From the sequence record SRR31156797_4828: a stretch of DNA of 64,000 nt; one strand, given 5' to 3'. Below the pieces are notes generated by a model, which worked only from the letters and a program-made list of their open reading frames with translations, did no database searches and was not told the DNA's origin. The stretch's first letter is position 1; the number at the start of each line of letters is the position of its first letter. A program made the translations under genes and the position numbers. This document shows, piece by piece, positions 19,007-30,243 of this stretch.

Positions 19007-21111
19007 TCCATGCCACTCCTTGCTCGATGAGGATCTTGAATCCGTTTGAACATCCGCTCCATGTCGCTGTTGGTGAAATGGATCAGCACCGGGCGACCAT
19101 GGGGACAGTTGAAGGGATTCTCGCATTTCGCTAAATCTTGCAACAAGATCCGGGCTTGCGCTTCATTCAAATAGTGATTGGCTTTGATGGATCGTTTGCA
19201 GCTCATCATGATCGCGGTTGCTTCACGAAACTTTTTGACACTGACACTTCCTGTGGTCAGTAACATGTCGATCATTTCGCGGATGATGGCTTCTTCTTCA
19301 CCGCTAGGGTACCACGTCGGGTGCGCCCGGACGATGAAACTATTGTTTCCAAAAGATTCCAGATGGATCCCGACTTCTGCCAGCTTGTCACTTTGTTCCT
19401 GCAATTGCAGCGCATCGCTGTTGGGATAATCCAAAACGATCGGCACTAACAATTCTTGCAGGTCATTGGTCACTTCGCCGATTTTTTCGCGGTAATACTC
19501 ATATTTGATTCGTTCCTGTGCCGCATGCTGGTCGACGATATATAGCCCCGCCTCACTTTGGGCAAACAAATAGGTCCCATGCATCTGCCCAAAATAATCC
19601 AATTGGGGAAAACGCTCCTTCGCTGGTTCTTCTTCCAGTAACCGTTCGACCGTTTTCAGGTAGTTGCGGTCATCCCCATGCATTTCAGGGTGCAGAGTCG
19701 CTTGATTTTGCAGATCTTGCGCCGTAAGCTCTGGCGTCTCTTCCGAGAGAAAGGCTGGCGCTTCTGGCAGCGGCGCTTTTGTTTCCGTCTGGTCTTCCAC
19801 AAATGGTTTTCGGACAGGCTTATTTGGCAGCGTCTCTTCCAAACTGCGAAAGGTTTCCTCGGTTTCTTCCAACAGGTTTTCGCTAGATTCCTGTGGCATT
19901 TCTGGAAGTTTTCCACCTTCCTCCACAGGTTTTTCCACAGAGTTATCCACAGTCTGTTGATAAGTACTGCCCTGAACCTCAAATTTCCCGGTTTCGCGAT
20001 TATAAGACAACTCAGAAGTCGAATTTCCTGCTGACTCCAGTTCCAAGCCAAGCTGCTGGGCTTTTGGCTGATCGGCAACTTTTTTCTTAAACCGCAGATT
20101 GTCAGCCGCGTTAGGAATCAAATTGATTTCCCGCAGCGCCTCATTGATGGCTTTACTGATTAGCTTGGTCAGTTCTTCTTCTTTTGACAAGCGAACTTCT
20201 TGCTTAGTCGGATGAACGTTGACATCGACTAATAAGGGGTCCATTTTGATTTCAAGGACAGCTAATGGAAAACGACCGACCATCAATTTTGATCCGTAAC
20301 CAGCAACGATCGCTTTATTCAAAGCGAAGTTGCGAATATAACGACCATTGATGATCGTGGATAAATAGTTGCGGCTGGCTCGGGTAACTTCTGGCAGTGA
20401 CACAAAGCCAGTGACTTTAAAGTCGAGATCCTCAGTATCGATTGCAATCATTTTTTTGGCCGTTTCCACTCCGTAGATCCCGGCGATGGTTTGTTTTAAC
20501 TGCCCACTTCCAGTGGTGCTCAGCATCTTATTGCCTTCATGAACGAGGCGAAAAGCCACTTCTGGATGGCTCAGGGCGATCCGATTGACGATATCGCCGA
20601 TGTTCGCAAGTTCCGTTTGCAGCGTCTTGACATATTTCAAACGTGCCGGTGTATTGTAAAAGAGGTTTTCGACAGTGATCTTGGTTCCTTGTCGCAAGTT
20701 GGCAGGCAGATGCTCTTCAACAGCGCCGCCTTTTAAGCGCACAAAGGAGCCTTGTTGGGCACCTTTGACTGCCGTTTCAATCGAGAGGATCGAAACCGAA
20801 GCGATACTAGGCAAAGCTTCCCCGCGAAACCCGAGGGTACGTATTCGAAACAAGTCATCTCGATTGTGGATTTTACTGGTGGCGTGGCGTTTAAAGGCAG
20901 TCAAGACATCCTCTTCTGCAATTCCTTCGCCATTATCGATGACTTGGATTTTACGCAAGCCTGCTTCTTCAATAAAAATATCGATTTGGGTACTGCCGGC
21001 ATCCACGGCATTTTCAACTAATTCTTTGACGACAGAAGCCGGTCGCTCAACAACTTCTCCTGCCGCGATTTGGTTCGCCAGACGTTCGGATAGCTCTTGG
21101 ATCTTTCCCAT
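19003..21111 (-). CDS. mutL: DNA mismatch repair endonuclease MutL
   Basis: NQIAAGEVVERP, GFRGEAL, DQHAAQER and CPHGRP motifs. Confidence 0.98.
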   Translation of the reverse strand: MGKIQELSERLANQIAAGEVVERPASVVKELVENAVDAGSTQIDIFIEEAGLRKIQVIDNGEGIAEEDVLTAFKRHATSKIHNRDDLFRIRTLGFRGEALPSIASVSILSIETAVKGAQQGSFVRLKGGAVEEHLPANLRQGTKITVENLFYNTPARLKYVKTLQTELANIGDIVNRIALSHPEVAFRLVHEGNKMLSTTGSGQLKQTIAGIYGVETAKKMIAIDTEDLDFKVTGFVSLPEVTRASRNYLSTIINGRYIRNFALNKAIVAGYGSKLMVGRFPLAVLEIKMDPLLVDVNVHPTKQEVRLSKEEELTKLISKAINEALREINLIPNAADNLRFKKKVADQPKAQQLGLELESAGNSTSELSYNRETGKFEVQGSTYQQTVDNSVEKPVEEGGKLPEMPQESSENLLEETEETFRSLEETLPNKPVRKPFVEDQTETKAPLPEAPAFLSEETPELTAQDLQNQATLHPEMHGDDRNYLKTVERLLEEEPAKERFPQLDYFGQMHGTYLFAQSEAGLYIVDQHAAQERIKYEYYREKIGEVTNDLQELLVPIVLDYPNSDALQLQEQSDKLAEVGIHLESFGNNSFIVRAHPTWYPSGEEEAIIREMIDMLLTTGSVSVKKFREATAIMMSCKRSIKANHYLNEAQARILLQDLAKCENPFNCPHGRPVLIHFTNSDMERMFKRIQDPHRARSGME
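19909..19963. promoter_or_regulatory. Cluster of DnaA boxes inside mutL
   Basis: TTATCCACA (19943, perfect), TTTTCCACA (19931), TCCTCCACA (19919), inverted TGTTGATAA (19955), TTTTCCACC (19909); four are phased at 12 bp. Confidence 0.55.
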
Positions 21112-21126
21112 CTGCTGACCTTCTTT

Positions 21127-23679
21127 CTAAATTCGTTTTTGCAGCTCGTACAATGTATTCAGAGCATCCATCGGGGTCATTTCCAACAGATTCAATTTCT
21201 TCAATTGATCGATGACGCCGATTTCTTCCGTAGATACTTCACTAAACAACGACAACTGCTGACTTTCTTCGACGACTGGTTTTGGCTGTACCGTCGGTTC
21301 ATGTTCTTCCAGCGCTTTCAGGATCGTCGCTGCGCGCTGTAAGAGTGCACTTGGCAGTCCAGCGATTTTGGCTACATGGATCCCATAGCTTTTATCTGCG
21401 GGTCCTTCCATCATCTTATGCAAAAAGACAACTTCGCCTTCTTTTTCAACGGCACCGACATGGACATTGCGTAAGTGTGCCAATTCCTCATCTAAAACCG
21501 TCAGCTCATGATAATGGGTGGAGAAAAGTGTTTTGGCATGAACTTCTTTGTGGATATATTCAATGATGGCTTGTGCCAATGCCATCCCATCATAGGTCGC
21601 AGTCCCACGCCCTAACTCATCAAACAAAATCAAGCTGTTAGGCGTTGCATGACGCAGCGCTTGGTTGGCTTCCATCATCTCCACCATAAACGTGCTTTGA
21701 CCGGCGATCAGGTCATCGCTGGCACCGATGCGAGTAAAGATCCGATCAAAAATCGGCATCTCTGCAGATTGTGCGGGTACGAAACAGCCGATCTGCGCCA
21801 TAATGACTAGCAAGGCAAACTGCCGCATGTACGTACTTTTCCCAGACATATTTGGGCCTGTGATCAACAGGATCTCTGTTTCTTCATCCATCACGATACT
21901 ATTTGGAATGTACTCTTGGTGACCAAGGACTTTTTCCACTACAGGATGACGGCCATCGATGATCGATACTGCTCGTTTTTTCGCTACTGTCGGCCGCACG
22001 TATTGGTAGCGTTCCGAAACCGTGGCGAAACTTTGTAAGACATCGACCGCACTGACAGCTTTGGCTAACTTTTGTAGACGTGTGATACTCTTTTTCACTT
22101 CTTCACGAACATCAAGAAAGAGGCGATATTCCAAATCCACCGATTTTTCTTCGGCTTCTAAAATCAAAGTCTCCAGTTTTTTCAACTCGGGTGAAATAAA
22201 GCGTTCCGCATTGGCTAAGGTTTGCTTGCGCTCGTAGCGAGAGGTATCTAAATTCACTAGATTGGCTTTCGTGATCTCAATGTAATAGCCAAAGACGCGG
22301 TTGAACCCAACTTTCAGGTTTTTGACCCCCGTCGCTTGACGTTCGTTGGCTTCTAATTCCGCCAACCATTGCTTGCCGTTACGCATCGCCGTACGGTATT
22401 CATCTAATTGTTGATGGAACCCGTCTTTGATGATGTTGCCTTCTGTGATCTGCAACGGGGCATCTTCATCGATCGCCGCTTCGATCAGTGCAACCAAATC
22501 ATCTAAGGGCGTTAATTCCAGCAGCAAGTCATTCCACTCGCCACGGTTGATTCCCTGCAGCAATTGCGCGATCAAAGGCACTTGCTCCAAAGAAGATTTC
22601 AACTGCAGCAAATCGCGGCCATTGACATTTCCGAAGGCGACCCGTCCGACTAGGCGTTCCATGTCATAGACTTTCGTCAACGCTTCTTGCAGATCTGCTC
22701 GCTCAAAGAAACTGTCCAGTAACGATTGGACCATTTCTTGGCGGGCAGTGATTTTCTTTGGCTGGATCAAGGGACGATCCAACCATTGCTTTAACAAACG
22801 TCCCCCCATTGCGGTCTTTGTCTCGTCCAGCAACCACAAAAGAGTCCCTTGTTTTTTTCCGGTTCGAATCGACTGCGTCAATTCTAAGTTGAATTTGGAA
22901 TAATGATCCATTTTCAAGGCATGATCCGGCTGATATTCCACGGCTTGCTGAATGTGGGCTAAACTGCGTTTTTGGGTAATCGCCAAATAACTTAGCAATT
23001 TCCCTGTGACTACTTTTTCTAACCCTTGGGAGAGAGGTTCCGTTAAAAATTGAAATTCGGCATTTTCTTCCAACGTTTCTTGCTTAGAAAACACGACATT
23101 CAAGCGATTGGTCAGCATCGTTTGCAATGATTCAGGAATCTCGCTGCACAAAACGACTTCTTTCGTTTGCAGAGCGGCGGCCTCATTGACGACGGCTTCT
23201 TCATCTTCCAATTGCGCTGCTTTTAATTCACCGGTACTTAGATCGACATAGGCAAAGCCAAAACGCTCCCCTTGCTGCAAAACAGCTGTTAAAAAGTTGT
23301 TTTCTTTGGCGGATAGGCCTTTACTGTCCATCACCGTTCCCGGCGTGATCAGTTGAACGACTTCGCGTTTGACCATTCCTTTGGTGGTTTTTGGGTCTTC
23401 CACTTGCTCACAAATCGCTACTTTGTAGCCTTGCTCGATCAAGGTGTCGATGTAATTGCTGGCGGCGTGGTAAGGCACCCCACACATAGGGATCGGTTCC
23501 TCCGCATTTTTGTTGCGGCTGGTTAACGTCAGTTCTAAAATTTGTGCTGCCTTGACAGCATCCTCATTAAATAATTCATAGAAATCCCCTAAACGATAGA
23601 ATAAAAAAGCATCTTGGTACTGAGCCTTGATGCTTAAATACTGTTCCATCATCGGGGTATTTTTAGTTTTTTGAGGCAT
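21127..23679 (-). CDS. mutS: DNA mismatch repair protein MutS
   Basis: [30 protein letters not shown]. Confidence 0.98.
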   Translation of the reverse strand: MPQKTKNTPMMEQYLSIKAQYQDAFLFYRLGDFYELFNEDAVKAAQILELTLTSRNKNAEEPIPMCGVPYHAASNYIDTLIEQGYKVAICEQVEDPKTTKGMVKREVVQLITPGTVMDSKGLSAKENNFLTAVLQQGERFGFAYVDLSTGELKAAQLEDEEAVVNEAAALQTKEVVLCSEIPESLQTMLTNRLNVVFSKQETLEENAEFQFLTEPLSQGLEKVVTGKLLSYLAITQKRSLAHIQQAVEYQPDHALKMDHYSKFNLELTQSIRTGKKQGTLLWLLDETKTAMGGRLLKQWLDRPLIQPKKITARQEMVQSLLDSFFERADLQEALTKVYDMERLVGRVAFGNVNGRDLLQLKSSLEQVPLIAQLLQGINRGEWNDLLLELTPLDDLVALIEAAIDEDAPLQITEGNIIKDGFHQQLDEYRTAMRNGKQWLAELEANERQATGVKNLKVGFNRVFGYYIEITKANLVNLDTSRYERKQTLANAERFISPELKKLETLILEAEEKSVDLEYRLFLDVREEVKKSITRLQKLAKAVSAVDVLQSFATVSERYQYVRPTVAKKRAVSIIDGRHPVVEKVLGHQEYIPNSIVMDEETEILLITGPNMSGKSTYMRQFALLVIMAQIGCFVPAQSAEMPIFDRIFTRIGASDDLIAGQSTFMVEMMEANQALRHATPNSLILFDELGRGTATYDGMALAQAIIEYIHKEVHAKTLFSTHYHELTVLDEELAHLRNVHVGAVEKEGEVVFLHKMMEGPADKSYGIHVAKIAGLPSALLQRAATILKALEEHEPTVQPKPVVEESQQLSLFSEVSTEEIGVIDQLKKLNLLEMTPMDALNTLYELQKRI

Positions 23680-24052
23680 TGGTTTCATCCTCCTCGATGG
23701 CTTTATTCATTTTCTTTTGGATCTCCGTCGTGACATATTGCAGCAATTCATCTGCTTGCAGTAACGCTTGGCGATAAGCAACCACTAAGGGGTGCTGCTC
23801 GTATTCGTTTGTCAATGACGCATAACGCTGCTCCGCAGCTTTTTTTGCTTCGGGTTTCTCATAATGCTCAAATTGAACGATTTCTTTTTGCGCTTGCTTC
23901 AGCGCTTCTTCCAACTCCAGTAGCCCTTGGTTTTGCAAGGCTCGTACTTGAATTTCTTGAAATTCTTGAACGATCGGATGATTAGACAAAAGCTTTTGCA
24001 AAGCAGCCAACTCTTGGGCAACGTTTGATTCTTTGGTTAATTGCTCTTCCAT
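23663..24052 (-). CDS. RicA/YmcA (YlbF/YmcA, Com_ylbF) family protein
   Basis: [11 protein letters not shown] motif, helical; ymdB-ymcA-mutSL synteny; GGAG RBS before ATG 24052. Confidence 0.75.
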   Translation of the reverse strand: MEEQLTKESNVAQELAALQKLLSNHPIVQEFQEIQVRALQNQGLLELEEALKQAQKEIVQFEHYEKPEAKKAAEQRYASLTNEYEQHPLVVAYRQALLQADELLQYVTTEIQKKMNKAIEEDETNASKN

Positions 24053-24059
24053 GCTTCTC

Positions 24060-24857
24060 CTATTCTGTAAACGGGCGATCTTCACTGATTTGGATCGGAC
24101 GGATCGATTTTGCTTTACCAGTGGCTTCATCAATCTCAAGCAAGCAAGCCGACAAAATACTGCGGCCTTTTTCAATCACTTCAAACCGTTGCGGCAACGC
24201 CGTCAAAAATTTTTCAATGACTGGTTCGCGTTTCATTCCCAAAATCCCATCATAAGGACCAGTCATGCCGACATCTGACAAATAAGCCGTTCCTTGGGGC
24301 AAAATCCGCGCATCGTTGGTCTGTACGTGGGTATGCGTGCCGACGACTGCCGAAACTCGGCCATCCAAATACCAGCCCATCGCTTGTTTTTCGCTAGTAG
24401 TCTCCCCATGAAAATCCACAAAGATAAACGGTGTACGTTTGCGGGCAATCGCAACCAATTCATCCATTTTGCGAAACGGATCATCAAGGTCTACCATGAA
24501 CGAGCGAGCTTGCATGTTGATCACCGCCAACTCAATGGTGTTGACTTTCACAAACACCATGCCGACCCCCGGTGTTCCCTCTGGAAAATTGGCTGGACGA
24601 ATCATTTTCTTCGCATCGCCAATAAATTCAAAAATGTCACGGTTGTCCCATGTATGATTGCCTAATGTCACGACATCGACACCATCTTGCAAAAATTTCT
24701 TATAAATTTTACCCGTGATCCCACGACCCGCCGCCGCATTCTCGCCGTTCGCGATCGTCACCTGTGGTCGATACGCCTTCTTTAATTTGGGAAGGTACTC
24801 CGTGATTGTTTCTCTTCCTAATGAACCAACTACATCTCCAATGAATAATACCCGCAC
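24060..24857 (-). CDS. ymdB: YmdB-family metallophosphoesterase (TIGR00282-like)
   Basis: FIGDVVG, NGENAA, GNH, DFHGETTSEK, GTHTHV. Confidence 0.93.
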   Translation of the reverse strand: MRVLFIGDVVGSLGRETITEYLPKLKKAYRPQVTIANGENAAAGRGITGKIYKKFLQDGVDVVTLGNHTWDNRDIFEFIGDAKKMIRPANFPEGTPGVGMVFVKVNTIELAVINMQARSFMVDLDDPFRKMDELVAIARKRTPFIFVDFHGETTSEKQAMGWYLDGRVSAVVGTHTHVQTNDARILPQGTAYLSDVGMTGPYDGILGMKREPVIEKFLTALPQRFEVIEKGRSILSACLLEIDEATGKAKSIRPIQISEDRPFTE

Positions 24858-24954
24858 ACATTTTTCCTCTTCTCTTTTAGCTTCTTTTCTATTATAAGGG
24901 TTTTGGTCCAGAAAAAAAAGGTTCTTTCACTTGCTGTTCTTCCTTGCAGCAAAA

Positions 24955-24996
24955 CAAAAAAACACGCTAGACTTTTTCGCTTTAGTCTAGCGTGTT
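24955..24996 (-). terminator. pepT terminator
   Basis: AACACGCTAGACT...AGTCTAGCGTGTT hairpin plus U-tract. Confidence 0.75.
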
Positions 24997-25006
24997 GCCG
25001 CGTTCT

Positions 25007-26242
25007 CTAGGAAACGGTAGTGTCTTCTTTCCCGACATGTTCCACGATCGCCACGATCAAATCACGGGCTTTTTCCATCGCTTCCACGGTAATAAATTCA
25101 TACTGGCCATGGAAGTTTTCACCGCCGACAAATAAGTTCGGTGTTGGAATGCCTTTATAGGTGATTTTCGAGCCATCGGTCCCGCCACGAAACGGCGCTT
25201 CGATCGGTGTCACACCAATCGCTTGCATCCCTGCTCGGGCAGCTTCGATACTGCGGGGATCTTTCTTGATCAAATCCCCCATATTGTAATATTGGTCATA
25301 CAGCGTATAGGTGATGCGTTCTTGCCCATAGGCTGTGTTCAATTCGTCAATGATCCCCACGATGTTAGCTTTTCGCTGTTCAAAAAGCATATGATCGTGA
25401 TCACGAATGATATAAGAAACTTCTGCTCGACCAATATGTCCCGTCAAATTGTGCAGTAGGTAAAAACCTTCATACCCGCGGGTGCGTTCAGGAACTTCCT
25501 CTGCTGGTAAGGCATCGTCGATTTGATGCGCGATTTTCAAGGCGTTGACCAAACGACCGTAAGCAGTTCCAGGATGCACACTCGTACCATCAATCGTTAT
25601 ATCAATACGAGCAGCATTAAAGGTTTCATATTCCATATGCCCCACACGACCACTGTCCATCGTGTAAGCAAATGCCACTGGAAAATCCGCCGCATCAAAG
25701 CGATCAGCGCCAGTCCCGATCTCTTCGTCAGGCCCAAAAGCGACCCAGACATCGCCACGTTTATGCGCATCCATCGTTTGTAAGATCCGCAGCGCGTCAA
25801 TGATCTCTGCGATACCAGCTTTATCATCTGCACCCAGCAGGGTCGTTCCATCCGTTGTGATCAGCGTTTCGCCGACATAGTCTTTGAGATTAGGAAATTC
25901 AGCAGTTGTCATATAAATGGCTTTTTCTTTATTTAAACAAACATCCTTGCCATCGTAATTTTCATGGATCTGCGGCTGAATATTTTCAGCTTCGAAATCT
26001 GCCGTGTCTACATGGGCAATAAAGCCAATCGCCGTTTTTTCAGGATTACCAGGTAGACGTCCGATCACAAAACTATTCTTTTCATAGTAAGCAACATCCG
26101 CTACCCCCATCTCGATCAACTGATCTTTCAATAAAAGATCCAACTCAACTTGTCCCGGTGTCGTTGGGATGGTCTGACTCGTCGCATCTGAGCGAGTATT
26201 CATTTTTGCATAGGTCAAAAAATCCTTTAAGATTGCTTTCAA
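25007..26242 (-). CDS. pepT: Peptidase T (tripeptidase, M20B)
   Basis: AHVDT, LGADDKAG, PDEEIG, RGGTDG, NFHG. Confidence 0.93.
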   Translation of the reverse strand: MKAILKDFLTYAKMNTRSDATSQTIPTTPGQVELDLLLKDQLIEMGVADVAYYEKNSFVIGRLPGNPEKTAIGFIAHVDTADFEAENIQPQIHENYDGKDVCLNKEKAIYMTTAEFPNLKDYVGETLITTDGTTLLGADDKAGIAEIIDALRILQTMDAHKRGDVWVAFGPDEEIGTGADRFDAADFPVAFAYTMDSGRVGHMEYETFNAARIDITIDGTSVHPGTAYGRLVNALKIAHQIDDALPAEEVPERTRGYEGFYLLHNLTGHIGRAEVSYIIRDHDHMLFEQRKANIVGIIDELNTAYGQERITYTLYDQYYNMGDLIKKDPRSIEAARAGMQAIGVTPIEAPFRGGTDGSKITYKGIPTPNLFVGGENFHGQYEFITVEAMEKARDLIVAIVEHVGKEDTTVS

Positions 26243-26279
26243 TTCTGCACGTCCTTTTTCTTCAATTCTTCTACTATCT

Positions 26280-26702
26280 TTATAACGACAAGGGACGATT
26301 GTCCGTTTCGTGGATCACTTGTCGAAAATCAGCAAAGCCAGCTGCTAACCCCCGCAACAAGATTTCTGCCGTTCCCATATTGGTAGCTAAAGGAATCTCG
26401 TACACGTCTGACAAGCGAATCAATGCCGTTACATCTGGTTCATGGGGTTGTGCGGCTAAAGGATCGCGCAAAAAGATCACCATGTCCAAGTCATCTTGCG
26501 AAATCATGGCGCCAATTTGCTGATCTCCTCCCAGCGGCCCTGATTTGTAGCGGTGGACAGGCAACTGGGTTGCTTCTTCGATCCTCTTCCCCGTAGTTCC
26601 TGTTGCGAAAAGTTCATGCTGCGCTAAAATTTCTCGATAGGCAGTCACTAATTTTACCATTACATCTTTTTTTCGATCATGAGCAATCAATGCGATTTTC
26701 AT
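26280..26702 (-). CDS. mgsA: Methylglyoxal synthase
   Basis: [29 protein letters not shown]. Confidence 0.96.
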   Translation of the reverse strand: MKIALIAHDRKKDVMVKLVTAYREILAQHELFATGTTGKRIEEATQLPVHRYKSGPLGGDQQIGAMISQDDLDMVIFLRDPLAAQPHEPDVTALIRLSDVYEIPLATNMGTAEILLRGLAAGFADFRQVIHETDNRPLSL

Positions 26703-26820
26703 TTGCTGCATTCCCCCTTTTTTCTATTGTACCAATTTATTTTCTTTGCGACCGAGAAAAAACAAAAAAACATAGCACAGATGCCGTAAACCGACTGTGC
26801 TATGTCTAAAGGATTCCTTT

Positions 26821-27597
26821 TTAAATCAGTTGTAATTCTTTCAAGGCTAACCAGATGCCATCTTCATCATTGCTAGCGGTCACCATATCTGCGACTTGTT
26901 GGATCTCAGGGACCGCATTGCCCATTGCCACACCGACACCTGCGGCAGTCAGCATTTCACGATCATTTTGGCCATCACCAAAACAGATCACATCTTCTTG
27001 CGCTATCCCTAATTGTTCCGCGACGCACAGGATCGTTGCTGCTTTGGAGCCTTCTTTTGGAACGACATCCACACTGTTTTCATGCCAACGCACAAAACGC
27101 AGTTTGCTGTATTTCTCGTCAAAGAAATGCTCATACTCTTTTCCGTAAAAAGCCAATGCTTGATAGACTTCTTTTTCTTCGGGAAAATCCATGTCCAACT
27201 CAGGAAGTTGGGCACCAAAAGAATGCATCGCTGCTTCCATTTTAGCAATATCCAAAGAAGACGCTCGTTTCGCTGTATCCATCCCGACAAATGCCGTGTC
27301 GATCCCAAGCTCTTGGGCTTCTGCCACGAAAGCAGCCAATTGCGTTTCATCGAGTAAGTTTTTATACACCTGCTGATGCGAAAGAAAAGCAGCTGCGCCA
27401 TTACATAAAATGTAATTATCAAAGGACAACGAACGAATAATATCTTGAGCGTGGAAACGACTGCGTCCAGTGGCAACGGTCACGAAATGGCCAGCATCTC
27501 GTAAAAGATCAAGGGCTTTTAGCGTACTGTCTAGTGGCTGTTTGTTCGAGTCAAGCAAGGTTCCATCAATATCAAAGGCAAAGAATTTCCGATTCAT
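26821..27597 (-). CDS. Cof-type HAD-IIB hydrolase
   Basis: DIDGTL, ATGR, GDGQND, AMGNA. Confidence 0.93.
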   Translation of the reverse strand: MNRKFFAFDIDGTLLDSNKQPLDSTLKALDLLRDAGHFVTVATGRSRFHAQDIIRSLSFDNYILCNGAAAFLSHQQVYKNLLDETQLAAFVAEAQELGIDTAFVGMDTAKRASSLDIAKMEAAMHSFGAQLPELDMDFPEEKEVYQALAFYGKEYEHFFDEKYSKLRFVRWHENSVDVVPKEGSKAATILCVAEQLGIAQEDVICFGDGQNDREMLTAAGVGVAMGNAVPEIQQVADMVTASNDEDGIWLALKELQLI

Positions 27598-27816
27598 AAA
27601 AGGTTAAGGCTCGCTTTCTATTAAGAAGTAACTAAGATTTTGGTCTTGGTTGCGGTCATTTTTACAAAAAACAGCAAGAAAAACCGTACATACTTATTCT
27701 TAACATAAATAGGCGCTGATTTCAACGCTCCGTTAAGGGATGATGGCTTCTTCCTGGAGAAATGTTAGAGAAAAGAAAAAAAAAGAAGCATCGCTGCTTC
27801 TTTTGGTAGGTTTTAA

Positions 27817-28614
27817 TTAGTCGACATAGGTCGATTTTGAGTTGTTCAACCATGCATAGCCCAGCCCCATGACCAAGCCACCGCCGATATAGTTACCGAT
27901 AAAGGCAAAAACTAAATTATGGATCACACTGCCGACAGTCATACCTGCCAAGTGTCCGCCTGAAGCCCAGAAAGCTAAGGTAAACGCTGGGAAGTTAGCA
28001 ATAACGTGTTCGAATCCTAAGAAAGCAAAGATGAAGATGATGAAAATGATTGCTGCAACTTTTCCGGCATCGTCTTTCATCCGCATGCTTACTAGCACAG
28101 CTGTGTTTACAACGATATTGGCGAACATCGCTTCTACTAAAATTTGGATGGTCGATTTTTCTAATTTCGCAGTGATCGAGGTCAGCATAAAGTTGTCTGC
28201 GGTCAGCCCTTGAAAAGGACCTGTCAGTGCAACGATTGAGCCGAAAATCACCCCGCCGATCAAGTTGAACAAGACACACGTAAGCAAAATTTTCAATGCC
28301 AAAGGAATACTTAGACGTTTACGGTAAACCCCAACAGTCATATACAACATATTTGATGTTCCTAATTCTGCGTTCATATAAAGAATCATGACTAAAGACC
28401 AGCTAAACATAAATGCATATAGAATTTTCCCTAACCCGTGAACCATCGATTCACCTTTCATAGCGATCGCAAAAGCAATAGCTGTTCCGAGGGTCAAGAA
28501 TAAACAAGCCATCATCGCACGTACAGCGTAACGCAAATAACTACTCTTGATCAGATCGATTTTCTTTTCTATGGAAGAATCGATCTTCTCAAATAATGGG
28601 GATACTGGATTCAT
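27817..28614 (-). CDS. Formate/nitrite transporter family protein
   Basis: AELGTSN, GFEHVIAN and GNYIGG motifs; multi-TM. Confidence 0.92.
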   Translation of the reverse strand: MNPVSPLFEKIDSSIEKKIDLIKSSYLRYAVRAMMACLFLTLGTAIAFAIAMKGESMVHGLGKILYAFMFSWSLVMILYMNAELGTSNMLYMTVGVYRKRLSIPLALKILLTCVLFNLIGGVIFGSIVALTGPFQGLTADNFMLTSITAKLEKSTIQILVEAMFANIVVNTAVLVSMRMKDDAGKVAAIIFIIFIFAFLGFEHVIANFPAFTLAFWASGGHLAGMTVGSVIHNLVFAFIGNYIGGGLVMGLGYAWLNNSKSTYVD

Positions 28615-28628
28615 TTTTTCTACTCCTT

Positions 28629-28743
28629 TTATGAATAATTTCACTTCGTTATCATTTGCACAATACTTTCATATTCTAATGACGAAAAGCTGTTTTGTAA
28701 AGAGATATTTGAAAATATAAGTAATTAATGAAAAATTTCAAGA
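28629..28743. promoter_or_regulatory. Two Rex-like operator candidates upstream of the FNT gene
   Basis: TTATGAA-TAAT-TTCACTT (28629-28646) and TAATGAA-AAAT-TTCAAGA (28726-28743) versus TTGTGAA-N4-TTCACAA. Confidence 0.4.
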
Positions 28744-28776
28744 TTTGTTTTCATCAAATCCAAAGCCAGCTCCATC

Positions 28777-28982
28777 TTGACTTTTGCCCCTAGTTTGTCG
28801 TATACTATTCCTTGTGTAAAATAATGCAGCAGGAAAATAACAGCTCGTCACCAGTTCGTTGCCCCTCGGGTGCAATTGCGTAACCGCGGCTGCAAAGGTG
28901 AAGATTGAAGAACGAACTGCACGAATGTGAGTTTTTCAACGGATTATTTTACTCCAAACTATTTTATTGGAGGAACTAAATT
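28777..28982 (+). promoter_or_regulatory. rpsD promoter and structured S4 autoregulatory leader
   Basis: TTGACT-18-TATACT; ~170-nt leader closed by GTAAAATAAT...ATTATTTTTAC pairing, with an internal GTAA motif as in Bacilli S4 leaders. Confidence 0.65.
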
Positions 28983-29594
28983 ATGTCTCGTTATACAGGA
29001 CCATCATGGAAAATTTCTCGTCGTTTAGGAATTTCTTTATCAGAAACTGGAAAAGAATTGGCACGTCGCCCTTACGCTCCAGGACAACACGGACCAAACA
29101 GCCGTGGCAAAAAATCAGAATACGGCATGCAATTAACTGAAAAACAAAAATTGCGTCATATGTATGGCATGAACGAACGTCAATTCCGTACATTGTTTAT
29201 CAAAGCAAGCAAAATCAAAGAAGGTAAACACGGTGTTAACTTCATGATCTTGCTAGAACAACGTTTAGATAACGTTGTTTACCGTCTAGGTTTAGCAACT
29301 ACTCGTCGTCAAGCACGTCAATTAGTAAACCACGGTCACGTTTTAGTTGATGGCAAACGCGTTGATATCCCTTCATACCACGTTGAAGTTGGACAAGTCA
29401 TCAGCGTTCGTGAAAAATCACAAAACATCTCAACAATCAAAGAAGCAGTTGAAGCAACAGCTGGCCGCGCGTCATTTGTAAGCTTTGATAGCGAAAAATT
29501 AGAAGGTTCATTAACTCGTTTACCTGAGCGTGATGAATTGTCTGCAGAAGTTGACGAAGCACTAGTCGTTGAATTCTACAACCAAAAACTTTAA
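28983..29594 (+). CDS. rpsD: 30S ribosomal protein S4
   Basis: [32 protein letters not shown]; highly-expressed codon usage. Confidence 0.99.
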   Translation: MSRYTGPSWKISRRLGISLSETGKELARRPYAPGQHGPNSRGKKSEYGMQLTEKQKLRHMYGMNERQFRTLFIKASKIKEGKHGVNFMILLEQRLDNVVYRLGLATTRRQARQLVNHGHVLVDGKRVDIPSYHVEVGQVISVREKSQNISTIKEAVEATAGRASFVSFDSEKLEGSLTRLPERDELSAEVDEALVVEFYNQKL

Positions 29595-29605
29595 GATTTC
29601 AACCG

Positions 29606-29637
29606 ACACGATTCCTTTTTGGAATCGTGTTTTTTTG
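29606..29637 (+). terminator. rpsD terminator
   Basis: ACACGATTCC-tttt-TGGAATCGTGT followed by a T-run. Confidence 0.85.
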
Positions 29638-29743
29638 TGGAATCAACAGATTTACTGATCCTCTTAAGAAGACCCTTGAAAAAATACCAAAAAAACCGAC
29701 AATGATACATCGCTGTATTCATTTGCCGGTTTTGTTCCTATTA

Positions 29744-30193
29744 TTAGATAAAGTTCGCAACAGATTCGCCTTCTTCTTGCTTTTGGCGATAATTAAACAT
29801 GAGCAGCTCTGTTTGGCGTCGTTTGAAAATGATCTTTCGTAAGTTTCGTGGCACGAATTTACGAATGTCTTCTTCATTGTACCCCACTTGGAGCTTGTTC
29901 TCATCTAAGATAATTGGCCGTTTCAATAAGTTCGGGTATTGTTCGATCAATGAAAGTAGCTCTTCTAGCTTCAACTCTTCTAAATCGATGTCTAACTTTT
30001 GGTACACTTTCGAACGAGTAGATATAATGTCTTCCGTTCCATTTTTTGTTAAAGAAAGAATCTCCATTAGTTCATCACTATTTAATGGATCGCTAAAAAT
30101 GTTTCTCTCTTTAAATGGCAGTTCATTTTCGGTCAACCATGCACGGGCTTTACGACATGACGTACAGCTGGGTGTTGTATATAGTGATATCAT
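29744..30193 (-). CDS. spx: Spx-family transcriptional regulator
   Basis: YTTPSCTSCRKAR, GTEDIISTRS, LLKRPII; start at ATG 30193. Confidence 0.9.
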   Translation of the reverse strand: MISLYTTPSCTSCRKARAWLTENELPFKERNIFSDPLNSDELMEILSLTKNGTEDIISTRSKVYQKLDIDLEELKLEELLSLIEQYPNLLKRPIILDENKLQVGYNEEDIRKFVPRNLRKIIFKRRQTELLMFNYRQKQEEGESVANFI

Positions 30194-30243
30194 TTGTTTA
30201 TTCTTCCTTTCTCTTTGATGTACTTCGATTTTTTGCGTGGTGC

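Noticed and set aside
19007-19126. N-terminal extensions in the ORF track (maf here; also ricA, spx, SDR, phosphoesterase, recG, hydrolase)
   Set aside because: They overlap upstream genes or lack an RBS; downstream ATGs fit RBS position and family N-termini.
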